64,000 nt of DNA from Rhodanobacter sp. (GTDB lineage Bacteria; Pseudomonadota; Gammaproteobacteria; Xanthomonadales; Rhodanobacteraceae), in NCBI GenBank assembly GCA_036833615.1, contig DAITPL010000004.1:1825-65824 (forward strand). The letters run 5' to 3'. Within the stretch, counting starts at the first letter, position 1, and every line of letters starts with the position of its first letter. A program made the translations under genes and the position numbers. Below the pieces are notes generated by a model. That model did no database searches, was not told the DNA's origin, and saw only the letters and a list, made by a program, of their open reading frames with translations. Below, in pieces: positions 52,063 through 61,670 of the stretch.

Positions 52063-52665
52063 TCAGTACGCGCGTGCGTAGCCGGCACGCCGGCCACGGC
52101 TGTACAGCGTAACGGCGACGTGCAGCAGCGCGCCGATGCCGACATACAAGGCAGTGGTGCCCAGGAACGGCAGATACCAGTCGCCGAGGTTGGTCATCCA
52201 GCTGGCAGTGCTGCGCGGCAGCGGCACGGCGTTGCCCAGCCAGTAAAAGCTGCCATTGGAAATGAGGTAGCAGGCCGCTTCACTGACCAGCAAGGCGCTC
52301 GTTGCCAGACCCAGCGTCGATGCCCGCAGCCCGTGTTGCTGGGCCGCCAGCCAGCTGCCGCCCAACCACAGCGCGCCGAAGTAGGCAGGCATGCTCCAGT
52401 ACGCCGGGGACACGCAGTAGTGCGTCCAGAAGTCCAGGCCTTGGCCGGTAATCACGAAAAAGTCGATCAGCACCGCTTCGGCGATCAGCAGCACGAACGC
52501 CCAGCGGGCGGAGCCGCGCAGCCAGAAGCCGGCCAGGAAAAATATCCCCCACGAGGCATCGGGTATCACGCTGAAATGATGCAATCGCGTGGCCGCCATC
52601 ACCAGTGCCAGCAACAGGAAAACGCCGAAGCGTGCGGTAAAGGTCTTGACCATGTGCGGTTCCAT
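52063..52665 (-). CDS. btuM: BtuM-like cobalamin transporter (solitary ECF S-component fold)
   Basis: About six TM helices; TRLHH, PDASW.IFF, CVSPAYW and GSFY motifs match my recollection of BtuM; alternative start 52653. Confidence 0.75.
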   Translation of the reverse strand: MEPHMVKTFTARFGVFLLLALVMAATRLHHFSVIPDASWGIFFLAGFWLRGSARWAFVLLIAEAVLIDFFVITGQGLDFWTHYCVSPAYWSMPAYFGALWLGGSWLAAQQHGLRASTLGLATSALLVSEAACYLISNGSFYWLGNAVPLPRSTASWMTNLGDWYLPFLGTTALYVGIGALLHVAVTLYSRGRRAGYARAY

Positions 52666-52738
52666 GTAGGCGTCTGGATTAGGCCGCTAGTCTATCGCAA
52701 CGACACGGCGTGGGCCGCCGCTTGGGTATGATCGACAT

Positions 52739-53968
52739 ATGGATACCTCTGGATCGGCGATGGTGGACCCCCGCAGCGTGCTGGTCGTTGGTGGTGGCCT
52801 GGTGGGAGCGAGTCTGGCCATTGCGCTGGATGCGGCGGGCATCGCCACCACGCTGGTCGAAGCCGCTGCCCCGCGCGTGGGTGCGCAGCCCAGTTACGAC
52901 GAGCGCAATCTTGCCTTGGCGCGTGCGAGCGTCAATGGTCTGCGGGCCATTGGCGTGTGGCGACATGCCGCAGCGGCCGCCACCCCGATTCGGCATATCC
53001 GCGTGAGTCGCGCTGGCGACTTTGGCAGCACCCGCCTGGATGCTGACCGACTCGGCGTCGATGCACTGGGGTGGACGCTACCGGCGCGCGAGCTGGGTGC
53101 GGCGCTGCTGCGCCGGCTTGACGAGTGCCGGCAGCTGACCCGACTGGCGCCGGCCACGTTGACTGCGCTGGAACCGCTGGCCGCTGGCTGGTGCGCGCAG
53201 GTGCGCTGCGCCGATGGCAGTCGCACTGTCGATGCCGCGCTGGTCGTTGGCGCCGATGGGACCGAATCGTTCGTGCGCGGTGCGCTGGGTGTGGGCGTCG
53301 AGCGTCACGATTATCAACAGACGTTGTTTGTATGCACGGTCAGCCCCGAACGCGAGCATGCGCAACGTGCGTTTGAACGCTTCAGTGATGAAGGCCCAGT
53401 CGCGTTGCTGCCGCTGGCGGATCACCACTGTGGGCTGGTCCTCACCGTTCCCGGTGCCGCGGCGGCCGATGTTGCGGCGCTGGATGACGCCAGTTATCTC
53501 GCGCTGGCACAACGTCGCTTTGGCTGGCGCCTGGGACGACTGATGCGGCCAGGGCGGCGGTTTCGGTACGCCGTGCATCGCGTCGTCGCCCGGCAATTGG
53601 TGGCGCGCCGGGCGGTGCTGGTCGGCAATGCGGCACAGACCATCCACCCCATTGGCGCGCAAGGTTTCAACCTCGGCCTGCGCGATGCGCTGACGCTGGC
53701 TGAGCTGGTGGCCGCTGCACCCGATGCCGGCGGACGTGAACTGCTGCAGCGCTATGCGGCACGGCGCGCGCCGGATCGCGACGGTACCATGGCCATGAGT
53801 CACGGCCTGGTGCAGCTCGCGTGTCTGCGGCAACCGCTGTTGGCGCCGCTGCGTTCGCTGGCGCTGCTGGCGTGTGATCGGGTGCCGCCGCTGCAGCGCG
53901 CGCTGGCTCGCCGTGGCATGGGTTTCCGCGGTGAGCCGCCCCATACAGTGCTGGAGCCGCGGACATGA
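52739..53968 (+). CDS. ubiH: 2-octaprenyl-6-methoxyphenol hydroxylase
   Basis: VVGGGLVG, ADG, AFERF..EGPVALLP, GNAAQTIHPIGAQGFNLGLRD. Confidence 0.88.
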   Translation: MDTSGSAMVDPRSVLVVGGGLVGASLAIALDAAGIATTLVEAAAPRVGAQPSYDERNLALARASVNGLRAIGVWRHAAAAATPIRHIRVSRAGDFGSTRLDADRLGVDALGWTLPARELGAALLRRLDECRQLTRLAPATLTALEPLAAGWCAQVRCADGSRTVDAALVVGADGTESFVRGALGVGVERHDYQQTLFVCTVSPEREHAQRAFERFSDEGPVALLPLADHHCGLVLTVPGAAAADVAALDDASYLALAQRRFGWRLGRLMRPGRRFRYAVHRVVARQLVARRAVLVGNAAQTIHPIGAQGFNLGLRDALTLAELVAAAPDAGGRELLQRYAARRAPDRDGTMAMSHGLVQLACLRQPLLAPLRSLALLACDRVPPLQRALARRGMGFRGEPPHTVLEPRT

Positions 53969-55188
53969 CGGTTACCACGCAGAATGGCACCGCGCGCCGC
54001 CGGGCACCGGCCCTGGATGTCGCCGTGGTGGGTGGCGGCATGACCGGGGCGGCGGCCGCACTGGCATTGGCGCGCGCCGGCTTCGCCACGGCCTTGCTGG
54101 AAGCGCGCCAGCCAAAGGCGTGGAACCCGAACGATGAAGTCGACTTGCGTGTGGTCGGGCTGGCACCCTCGTCTATCGCCTTGCTGCAGCAGCTTGGTGT
54201 CTGGACGTCCATTTGCGATGCACGTTGCAGTCGCTACACGCACATGCACGTCTGGGATGCGGAGAGTGGTGCAGCGATCGATTTCGACGCGGCCGACAGC
54301 GGGGACGACGTGTTGGGTTGCATCGTGGAAAACCGCCTGGTGCAGTGGACCCTGTGGAACGCCTTGTCGGCAGCCGGCGTGCGTGTGTCGTGTCCGGCGC
54401 AGGTGGCCGGGATGCAGGCTGAGGAAGACCGCATTGGATTGCACCTGGTCGATGGCGGCACGTTGTCTTCCCGTGCCGTGGTGGCGGCCGATGGCGCCGC
54501 ATCACCGCTGCGGCAGCTGACCGGCATCGCGACGCGGGGGCACGACTACGCGCAGCGGGCCGTCGTTGCGCATGTCGTCACCGAACAGCCACATCAGCAC
54601 ACGGCGTGGCAACGATTCCTGCGCGGCGGCCCGCTGGCGTTGCTGCCGCTGGCCGATGGGCGCAGTTCGATCGTCTGGTCGTTGCCCGCAGTCGAGGCGC
54701 AGCGCGTGTTGGCACTCGATGATCACGCATTCATGGATACGCTGGGTGCGGCCAGTGACTTTCGCCTCGGCCGTATGCTGGCCAGCACGCCGCGCGCCGC
54801 ATTCCCGCTCAAGCTGCAAATGGCGACGAGTTACCAGGCGCCACGCATGGTCCTGCTGGGGGACGCGGCGCACGTCGTGCACCCGTTGGCCGGGCAGGGG
54901 GTGAATCTGGGCTTGCGGGATGTCAGCGAATTGCGCGACACGTTGTTGGCGGCACGCGTGGCCGGTCGCGACATCGGCGCGGCACACGTGCTGCGCCGTT
55001 ATGCGCGACGGCGGCGCAGCGCGGATACTCTTGACGCATTGAGCTTTGATGCGCTGCAGCGGGTGTACGCGTGGAAGGCGCTGCCGCTGGTCGCTGCGCG
55101 TGACGTGGGTATGCGGGTGCTCGATCACCTGTCGCCGATCAAGCGGCGTATTGCCGAGCACGCTGCAGGCGTTGGGCTTCGCCCGTGA
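53965..55188 (+). CDS. UbiI/UbiF/VisC-family FAD-dependent ubiquinone biosynthesis hydroxylase
   Basis: VVGGGMTG, DLRV, ADGAAS, AWQRF..GPLALLP, GDAAHVVHPLAGQGVNLGLRD. Confidence 0.85.
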   Translation: MTVTTQNGTARRRAPALDVAVVGGGMTGAAAALALARAGFATALLEARQPKAWNPNDEVDLRVVGLAPSSIALLQQLGVWTSICDARCSRYTHMHVWDAESGAAIDFDAADSGDDVLGCIVENRLVQWTLWNALSAAGVRVSCPAQVAGMQAEEDRIGLHLVDGGTLSSRAVVAADGAASPLRQLTGIATRGHDYAQRAVVAHVVTEQPHQHTAWQRFLRGGPLALLPLADGRSSIVWSLPAVEAQRVLALDDHAFMDTLGAASDFRLGRMLASTPRAAFPLKLQMATSYQAPRMVLLGDAAHVVHPLAGQGVNLGLRDVSELRDTLLAARVAGRDIGAAHVLRRYARRRRSADTLDALSFDALQRVYAWKALPLVAARDVGMRVLDHLSPIKRRIAEHAAGVGLRP

Positions 55189-55249
55189 ACGTCCGCGCGG
55201 ATGCAATGGATGGAGCTGCGGCGTGGCGCCGCGGTTCGACCAGCGGAAA

Positions 55250-55323
55250 CCGGCGGGCAGTGCCCGCCCTACGCACGGCGCTGCAGATGACTTGCATTTT
55301 GCAGGGCGAGCACTGCCCGCCGG
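55250..55323. repeat. REP doublet forming a long hairpin
   Basis: GGCGGGCAGTGCCCGCCCTAC 55252-55272 and GCAGGGCGAGCACTGCCCGCC 55301-55321. Confidence 0.85.
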
Positions 55324-55409
55324 CCTTGTCGGGTTTTAGTATCGGCCGGAAAGTCACTCCATGCCGCTGATGCAGATGGCGGCTCATTCCATCCACCGGA
55401 GAATGCATC

Positions 55410-56198
55410 ATGCGCATGACTCGATTCCATGGCCTGCTGTTGCTGGCCGCATTTCCGTTTGCGGCGCCGGCTGCCATGGTGCAGCGTCCCGTAACCTGGA
55501 CGCAGGACGGCACCACGTTTCACAGTGTGCTGGTGTACGACGCCGCGGTCACGACCAGGCGCCCTGGCCTGGTGATGGTGCCGAACTGGTATGGCCTCAA
55601 CGAGGCCGCCGTAAAGAAGGCTGAAACGCTGGCCGGGAAGGAGTACGTGATCCTGCTCACCGATATGTACGGTGAGCACGTGCGACCGGCCAATGCCGAG
55701 CAGGCGCGGGCGGCAGTCAAACCGTTGTATGCAGACCGGGCATTGATGCGCGCACGGATGAACCTGGCGCTGGCCCAGTTGCGGGCGCAAGCGGGAAGTG
55801 CCCCGATTGACGTGAAAAAACTGGCAGCGATCGGTTTCTGCTTTGGCGGTTCGGCGGTGCTCGACCTCGCCCGCAGTGGCGCGGATGTGGCCGCCGTGGT
55901 GTCGTTTCATGGCGGCCTGACCACGGACGATCCGGCGTTGGCGAAACACATCAAGGCCCGGGTGCTGGCCATGAACGGCGCCGATGACCAGGGCACGATG
56001 CCGGATGCCGGAAAATTCATGGACGAGATGCGTGCCAGTCCGGCGGATTGGCAGTTCGTGGTGCTCGGTCACGCCGTGCATTGCTTCACCGAGGTGGGCG
56101 AGAACTCGCCTGGTTGCCGCTACGACGAACCAGCGGCGACGCGCAGTTACCGGCTGATGCACGACTGGCTGCGCGCCGCGTTTGCCGGTACGCCGTGA
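55410..56198 (+). CDS. Dienelactone hydrolase family protein, probably exported
   Basis: Signal peptide, GFCFGG nucleophile motif, SFHG, GADD, HAVHCFT; GGAG RBS. Confidence 0.88.
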   Translation: MRMTRFHGLLLLAAFPFAAPAAMVQRPVTWTQDGTTFHSVLVYDAAVTTRRPGLVMVPNWYGLNEAAVKKAETLAGKEYVILLTDMYGEHVRPANAEQARAAVKPLYADRALMRARMNLALAQLRAQAGSAPIDVKKLAAIGFCFGGSAVLDLARSGADVAAVVSFHGGLTTDDPALAKHIKARVLAMNGADDQGTMPDAGKFMDEMRASPADWQFVVLGHAVHCFTEVGENSPGCRYDEPAATRSYRLMHDWLRAAFAGTP

Positions 56199-56265
56199 GC
56201 TCTGCGGTGGTGGCAAGCCGCAGCGGACCGCGCATGAGCCGCCAACTACGCCGGTTGCCGGGTAC

Positions 56266-57267
56266 TCAGTGGTTGCGTTGCACTGAATAGTCGGCCAGTA
56301 CCGCCAGCGCATCGCGTTGCGGTGAGGCTGGCAAGGTGGCCAGCGCATCACGTGCAGCTTGCGCATGTTTCGCGGCACACGCCAGCGTACGCTCCATGGC
56401 GCCGGAATCGCGGATCGTGGAGACAATGGGCGCCAGCGGTCCAGTGCCGTCGTGCCTGATGGCCTGACGTATCAGCTGCACGTGTTCCGCATCGGCGGTT
56501 TCCAGCGCGTAGATCAGTGGCAGCGTGGGTTTGCCCTCGAGCAGATCGTCGCCGATGTTCTTGCCCAGGGTGTCGGCATCGCTGATGTAATCAAGCAGAT
56601 CGTCGGCAATCTGGAACGCGTAGCCCAGCTCCATGCCGTAGCGCCGCAGCGCCGCCACTTGCGCGTCCGGCAGTCCGCCAATGACGCCACCCAGCTCGGT
56701 TGCGGCGGCAAACAGCACTGCAGTCTTGCGCTCAATCACTGCCAGGTATGCCGCTTCACTGACATCGGCGTTGCCGATGTTCAACAACTGCAACACCTCG
56801 CCTTCGGCAATCGTGTTGGTGGTGTCGGCCAGGATGCGCATGATGCGCATGTCATCCAGTTCCACCATCAGCTGGAACGAGCGCGAGTACAGAAAATCGC
56901 CGACCAGCACGCTCGCGGCATTGCCCCACAGCGCGTTGGCGGTCTTGCGCCCGCGGCGCAGTTCCGACTCATCGACTACGTCGTCGTGCAGCAGGGTGGA
57001 GGTGTGGATGAACTCGATGATGGCGGCCAGCTTGATGTGCCGCTCGCCGTGGTAACCGGCCGCGCCGGCGGCCAGCACGTGCAACGTGGGCCGCAGGCGC
57101 TTGCCGCCGCTGGCCACGATATGGTCGGCAATCTGGTTGATCAGTACCACGTCCGAGGACAGCCGTTGGCGGATCAGCGCATCGACGCGGTGCATGTCGG
57201 CGGCGGCCAATTCGCGTACCTGGGCAAAACTGGGAGGGCGGAAAGCATCAGCGGGTATCACGTGCAT
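56266..57267 (-). CDS. ispB: Octaprenyl (polyprenyl) diphosphate synthase
   Basis: GGKRLRP, LLHDDVVD, RRG, GDFLYS, KTA, FQIADDLLD, GKNIGDD..EGKPTLP. Confidence 0.92.
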   Translation of the reverse strand: MHVIPADAFRPPSFAQVRELAAADMHRVDALIRQRLSSDVVLINQIADHIVASGGKRLRPTLHVLAAGAAGYHGERHIKLAAIIEFIHTSTLLHDDVVDESELRRGRKTANALWGNAASVLVGDFLYSRSFQLMVELDDMRIMRILADTTNTIAEGEVLQLLNIGNADVSEAAYLAVIERKTAVLFAAATELGGVIGGLPDAQVAALRRYGMELGYAFQIADDLLDYISDADTLGKNIGDDLLEGKPTLPLIYALETADAEHVQLIRQAIRHDGTGPLAPIVSTIRDSGAMERTLACAAKHAQAARDALATLPASPQRDALAVLADYSVQRNH

Positions 57268-57368
57268 GGAGACTTCAAGACGGCGTAGGTGGCGATTATA
57301 GGGTGTGCGGGCTCTTGCACCGCGACTGGTGGTCGTGGCGTGTGGCGTGAAAGTGGCGGGGACAACCG

Positions 57369-57412
57369 TATAATCCGCCACGATGCAGTCCTCGATCGTC
57401 ATTCGCCAGTGA
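57369..57412 (+). other. -10 element and candidate 9-codon upstream ORF (MQSSIVIRQ)
   Basis: TATAAT 57369-57374; ATG 57383 to TGA 57410-57412, overlapping GTG 57409 of the MFS gene. Confidence 0.4.
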
Positions 57413-58611
57413 GCAAACTCAGTCGCCTCGAATTGCGCAGCGCGCTGACGTTGGCCTGCGTGATCAGCCTGCGCCTGTTCGGATTGTTCCTGATCATGCC
57501 GGTGTTTTCGTTGTATGCGAAGGGCATGCCCGGCGCCACGGCGTTCATGATCGGTTTCGCACTCGGCGTCTACGGGCTCGGTCAGATCGTGCTGCAGATT
57601 CCGCTCGGGCTGCTGTCCGATCACATCGGGCGCAAGCCGGCGATCACGCTTGGGCTGGTGTTGTTTGCCATTGGCGGCGTCATTGCCGCGATGTCGCACA
57701 CCCTGACCGGCATCGCGATCGGTCGCGCGGTGCAGGGCATGGGGGCGGTCGCCGGGGCCGGCATCGCGTTGGCGGCGGATCTCACCTCCGACGAAAACCG
57801 CAGCAAGGTGATGGGCATCATTGGCGTGTCGATCGGTCTGGCATTTCTGCTCGCGTTGATCCTGGGGCCACCGCTGGAGGCCGTGCGCGGCTTGTCCGGC
57901 CTGTTTGCCGCCACCTCGATTTTGGCCTTGCTGTCGCTGCTGCTGCTGTGGCTGATCGTGCCCACGCCGATCCGGGCACGGGCGCCGGCCGCGGCCGGCT
58001 TCGCGCAGGTCATGGAGATGTTGCGTGACGGTCGCATGCTGGTGTTGAACGGCTCGGTGTTTTTCCTGCACGCGCTGCTCACCGCCAGTTTCGTCGGGTT
58101 GCCGTTGTTGCTGGCCAATACCTTGAACCTGCCAGTCAACCGGCACTGGGAGCTGTACTTGCCGGTGATGCTGATTGCCGCGCTGGTGATGGGTGGCAGC
58201 ATGCGGCACATGCGCGAGGTGGCGCAAAGCCTGCGGGTGGTGATGGTGTGTGTGGTGGCGATTGGTCTGGCGCTGCTTGGTTTTGCGTTGTCCGGCAGTC
58301 ATCTGCTCGCGTTCGGCGTGGCTGCCACGGTGTTTTTCTCCGGCTTCAACCTGCTGGAGGCGGCCTTGCCCAGTTTGGTGTCGCGGCTGGCGCCGAGCCA
58401 TCTGCGTGGTGCGGCGCTGGGGGCGTATTCGACCAGCCAGTTTGTCGGCGCGTTTGCCGGCGGGGCGCTGGGCGGCCTGGCGCTGGGGCGCTTCGGGCCG
58501 GACGGCATCTTTGTGTGTGCGGCGGCGCTCACCTTGCTGTGGTTGCCGCTGGTGGTGTTTGGTGCGCGGCGGATTGATCGCGCCACGGTGCCCGCGCGGG
58601 CCGTTGGCTGA
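57409..58611 (+). CDS. MFS transporter (YajR-like)
   Basis: [48 protein letters not shown]; about 12 TM helices; lies upstream of ssb. Confidence 0.88.
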   Translation: MSKLSRLELRSALTLACVISLRLFGLFLIMPVFSLYAKGMPGATAFMIGFALGVYGLGQIVLQIPLGLLSDHIGRKPAITLGLVLFAIGGVIAAMSHTLTGIAIGRAVQGMGAVAGAGIALAADLTSDENRSKVMGIIGVSIGLAFLLALILGPPLEAVRGLSGLFAATSILALLSLLLLWLIVPTPIRARAPAAAGFAQVMEMLRDGRMLVLNGSVFFLHALLTASFVGLPLLLANTLNLPVNRHWELYLPVMLIAALVMGGSMRHMREVAQSLRVVMVCVVAIGLALLGFALSGSHLLAFGVAATVFFSGFNLLEAALPSLVSRLAPSHLRGAALGAYSTSQFVGAFAGGALGGLALGRFGPDGIFVCAAALTLLWLPLVVFGARRIDRATVPARAVG

Positions 58612-58769
58612 CAGCGGCATCGGTACGACCTGACAATGGCTGTGGCATGGGCTGGCGTGCGATCCGGTGGTACGCGTATGGATTCGCCGGGTGCCGCGGT
58701 TATGATAAGCGCTTGCTTCACCATCCCGGTCGTGCACTGCGCGTGCGGCTGGCTTCAAGAGGACTTCCC

Positions 58770-59282
58770 ATGGCACGTGGCATCAACAAGGTCATTCTGG
58801 TGGGCAACCTCGGTGCCGATCCCGATACCCGCTTCACCGCCAGCGGCATGGCGATCACCAACTTGCGCATAGCGACCACCGAGCAGCGCACCGACAAGCA
58901 AAGTGGCGAGAAACAGGATCACACCGAATGGCACCGCGTGGTGTTGTTCGGCAAGCTCGGTGAGATCGCCAATGAATACCTGAAGAAAGGCCGGCAGGTT
59001 TATATCGAAGGTTCCTTGCGTACCAGCAAATACACCGACAAGGCTGGCGTGGAAAAGTACAGCACCGAAATCATCGGCAACGACATGCAGATGTTGGGTG
59101 GCGGTGGTGGTGGTGGCGGTGAGTCGTCAGGTGGTGGCTATCAACGCAGCCAGGGCGGCTCGGCCGGCGGCCAACGCCAAGGCGGCGGCAGCTACGGCAG
59201 CGATGCAAGAACAGGCGGCAACCGTCCCGCACCCGAAGCGCCGGCGGACAACGGCTTCACCGATGACGAGATTCCATTCTAG
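58770..59282 (+). CDS. ssb: Single-stranded DNA-binding protein
   Basis: [24 protein letters not shown], Gly-rich linker, DDEIPF tail; GAGGA RBS. Confidence 0.98.
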   Translation: MARGINKVILVGNLGADPDTRFTASGMAITNLRIATTEQRTDKQSGEKQDHTEWHRVVLFGKLGEIANEYLKKGRQVYIEGSLRTSKYTDKAGVEKYSTEIIGNDMQMLGGGGGGGGESSGGGYQRSQGGSAGGQRQGGGSYGSDARTGGNRPAPEAPADNGFTDDEIPF

Positions 59283-59380
59283 ACAACACCTGCGATCCCT
59301 GGAGGTGTTGCGCTGCAATCCACGGCTCGCTTGGTAGCGGGCCCCGAACGTTTCATCGGCAGCGCAAAGGGTAAACCGGG

Positions 59381-61363
59381 TCAAGGCATGACGAAGGTGT
59401 TGTTGTCGCGCGCCGCATCGGGCAGGACATGTGCCGGATCGATCGTCACGGACTTCACCCGTTGCCTACCATCCACGTGAATCACGTAGCTGCGGTGCTG
59501 CTGCCAGGTTTCCCACGGCACACGGACGTCCTGCCGGCTGCCATCGACGTAGGTCACTTGCAACGTGGCTGGCAGCACCAGCGGTTGCCGGTTGGCCACG
59601 GTCACGTCGATGCCTTTGCGGTAATCACCGCCGCTGTAGGCCGCGGTTGGCACGGCCAGGTCGAACTGCCAGTTGTGCTGATACCAGCCGCGCCAGAACC
59701 AGCCCAGGTCCTCGCCGGTCGCGCTTTCCATGAAGCGGAAAAAATCTGACGGACTGGGGTGCTTGTATGCCCAGGTGGCGATGTAACGGCGGAACGCCGG
59801 GTCGAAGCGCTCCGGGCCGATAATCTGCTCGCGCAGCAACACCATGCCGAACGCGCCCTTGAAGTAGGTGATCGGGTGACGATATTTTTCCGCCACCATG
59901 TCGGCGCCGATCATTAGCGGCGGGGTGTTTTGGTCCCGCATGACTTTGGCGATTTCATCGGCAGGGTTGCCGCCGCCAGGGGCGTATTCGTTGTCGCGCT
60001 TGGGCGCGTATTCGCCGTGGTTGAAGGCGTCGGCTTCGCCGATGTCAATGAAGGTGTTGAAGCCCTCGTCCATCCACGCGTCACGACGCTCATTGCTGCC
60101 CACGATCATCGGAAACCAGCTGTGGCCGATCTCGTGGGCGATCAACCCTTGCAAGCCTTTGCCTTTGGCGCGTTTGGAATCAAACGTGATGCCCGGGTAT
60201 TCCATGCCGCCAGCGGTGCCGGCCTCGTTGATCGCCACCGGCCACGGGTACGGAAACCATTGGCGGGAGAAGTATTCGACCGAGGCTTTCAGGTACTCGG
60301 TAGCGCGGCCCCACGCGGCGTTGCCCGCGCTCTCCACCGGGTAGGCCGACATCGCCAGTGCGGTCCTGCCTGCCGGCAGGTTGATGCGCGCCGCGTCCCA
60401 CACGTATGCCGTCGATGCACCAAACGCGACGTCGCGACTGTTGCGCATGCGAAAGTGCCAGGTCAGCGTGCCACCCCGCTGCGGGCGGCTGGACGGTTGC
60501 GTGACTTCGTCCGCGGTACGAATCATCACCGTGGCGTCGCTGCGCCGCGCCTGCTGCAGCCGTTGCTGCTGGGCAGGCGTAAGCACATCCTGCGGATTCA
60601 GCAGCTCGCCGGAGCCAACCACCAGCATTTCTGCCGGGACGGTGATCGCGTAGTCGAAGTCGCCGTATTCCAGATAAAACTCGCTGTTCAGGTAGGGTGC
60701 CGTGTCCCAGCCACGCAAGTCGTCATACACGGCCATGCGCGGGTACCACTGGGCAATCTCGAAGATTTCGCCGTGCCGGCTCGGGTTGACGTCGGTACGT
60801 CCGCCAAACTCGCCGGGCACGATGTATTGCCATGCGATATGTATGCGTGCCTGGCCATCTCTGGCTGGCAACGCAACCGGCAGCCGCAGCTGCATGCGGG
60901 TGTCGGCGATGACCCACGGCACGTTTTGCGGTCGCCCGGTCGCGTCTTCGATCTGCACTGACACGATGTGATAGCCGTTGGTGAAGTCGGTGGGGAACTT
61001 GCCGCCGGTGAATGCCCCGCGCGCGCCCTTTTGGTAGCGGTTTTGCTCGAGCTGCAGCCACAGCACGTCAAGCGCGTCGGGGCTGTGGTTGCTGTAGGTG
61101 ATGACTTCGCTGCCGCTGAGCTGGCGCGTGGCCGGGTCGAGCGTGGCGGTGATCTTGTAATCGGCGCGGTTCTGCCAGAACAGCGGACCGGGCTGGCCAC
61201 TGGCGGAACGAAAGGCAGTTGCCGGTTGCGGGTAGGTGAAGGGAGCGAATGTCTGTTGCGGATTGAACCCGCCAGGCGTGTCGATGGTTGTTGCCGCGGC
61301 CGTCGACGCGGCCAATACTGCGGCGAAGGCGATGTTCGGCAACAACCAGTGGGCATTTTTCAT
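59381..61363 (-). CDS. Exported M1-family metalloaminopeptidase
   Basis: Signal peptide, WQNRADY, GGMEYP, HEIGHSWFP...WMDEG (HExxH-18-E); GAGG RBS. Confidence 0.9.
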   Translation of the reverse strand: MKNAHWLLPNIAFAAVLAASTAAATTIDTPGGFNPQQTFAPFTYPQPATAFRSASGQPGPLFWQNRADYKITATLDPATRQLSGSEVITYSNHSPDALDVLWLQLEQNRYQKGARGAFTGGKFPTDFTNGYHIVSVQIEDATGRPQNVPWVIADTRMQLRLPVALPARDGQARIHIAWQYIVPGEFGGRTDVNPSRHGEIFEIAQWYPRMAVYDDLRGWDTAPYLNSEFYLEYGDFDYAITVPAEMLVVGSGELLNPQDVLTPAQQQRLQQARRSDATVMIRTADEVTQPSSRPQRGGTLTWHFRMRNSRDVAFGASTAYVWDAARINLPAGRTALAMSAYPVESAGNAAWGRATEYLKASVEYFSRQWFPYPWPVAINEAGTAGGMEYPGITFDSKRAKGKGLQGLIAHEIGHSWFPMIVGSNERRDAWMDEGFNTFIDIGEADAFNHGEYAPKRDNEYAPGGGNPADEIAKVMRDQNTPPLMIGADMVAEKYRHPITYFKGAFGMVLLREQIIGPERFDPAFRRYIATWAYKHPSPSDFFRFMESATGEDLGWFWRGWYQHNWQFDLAVPTAAYSGGDYRKGIDVTVANRQPLVLPATLQVTYVDGSRQDVRVPWETWQQHRSYVIHVDGRQRVKSVTIDPAHVLPDAARDNNTFVMP

Positions 61364-61670
61364 GGGTACCTCGGGGAAAGTTCGCACGACAATCGCTGCG
61401 GCACGCCATGACCTCGGTGCACAGCGCACCGCATGCGTCGGCGTCACGATGGTCAAGGGGGTGAATGTGACACTCGTGGCGTCCAGCTTCCCGTGCCAGT
61501 GGTCACACCTGTAGGCTGCGCCGCCGCACTGCCGGCAGGTGCATGGCTCCCGGTCCGGGGACGTTCCCCGATCCGCGGGCGGACAAGCTGTCGCGTTGCG
61601 CGCCGTCGATTGGCGTCAAACATGCAAGAATGCCGTGGACTTCGGATGAGGCCATGCCTGTGGATGCGTC

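Noticed and set aside
57268..58776. 836-aa ORF apparently fusing a long N-terminus to IspB
   Set aside because: The extension is antisense to the MFS gene, Arg/Gln-rich and without motifs; ispB has its own -10 near 57295.
59284..59310. Hairpin CAACACCT/AGGTGTTG after ssb
   Set aside because: 11-nt loop and no U-tract, too weak to call a terminator.
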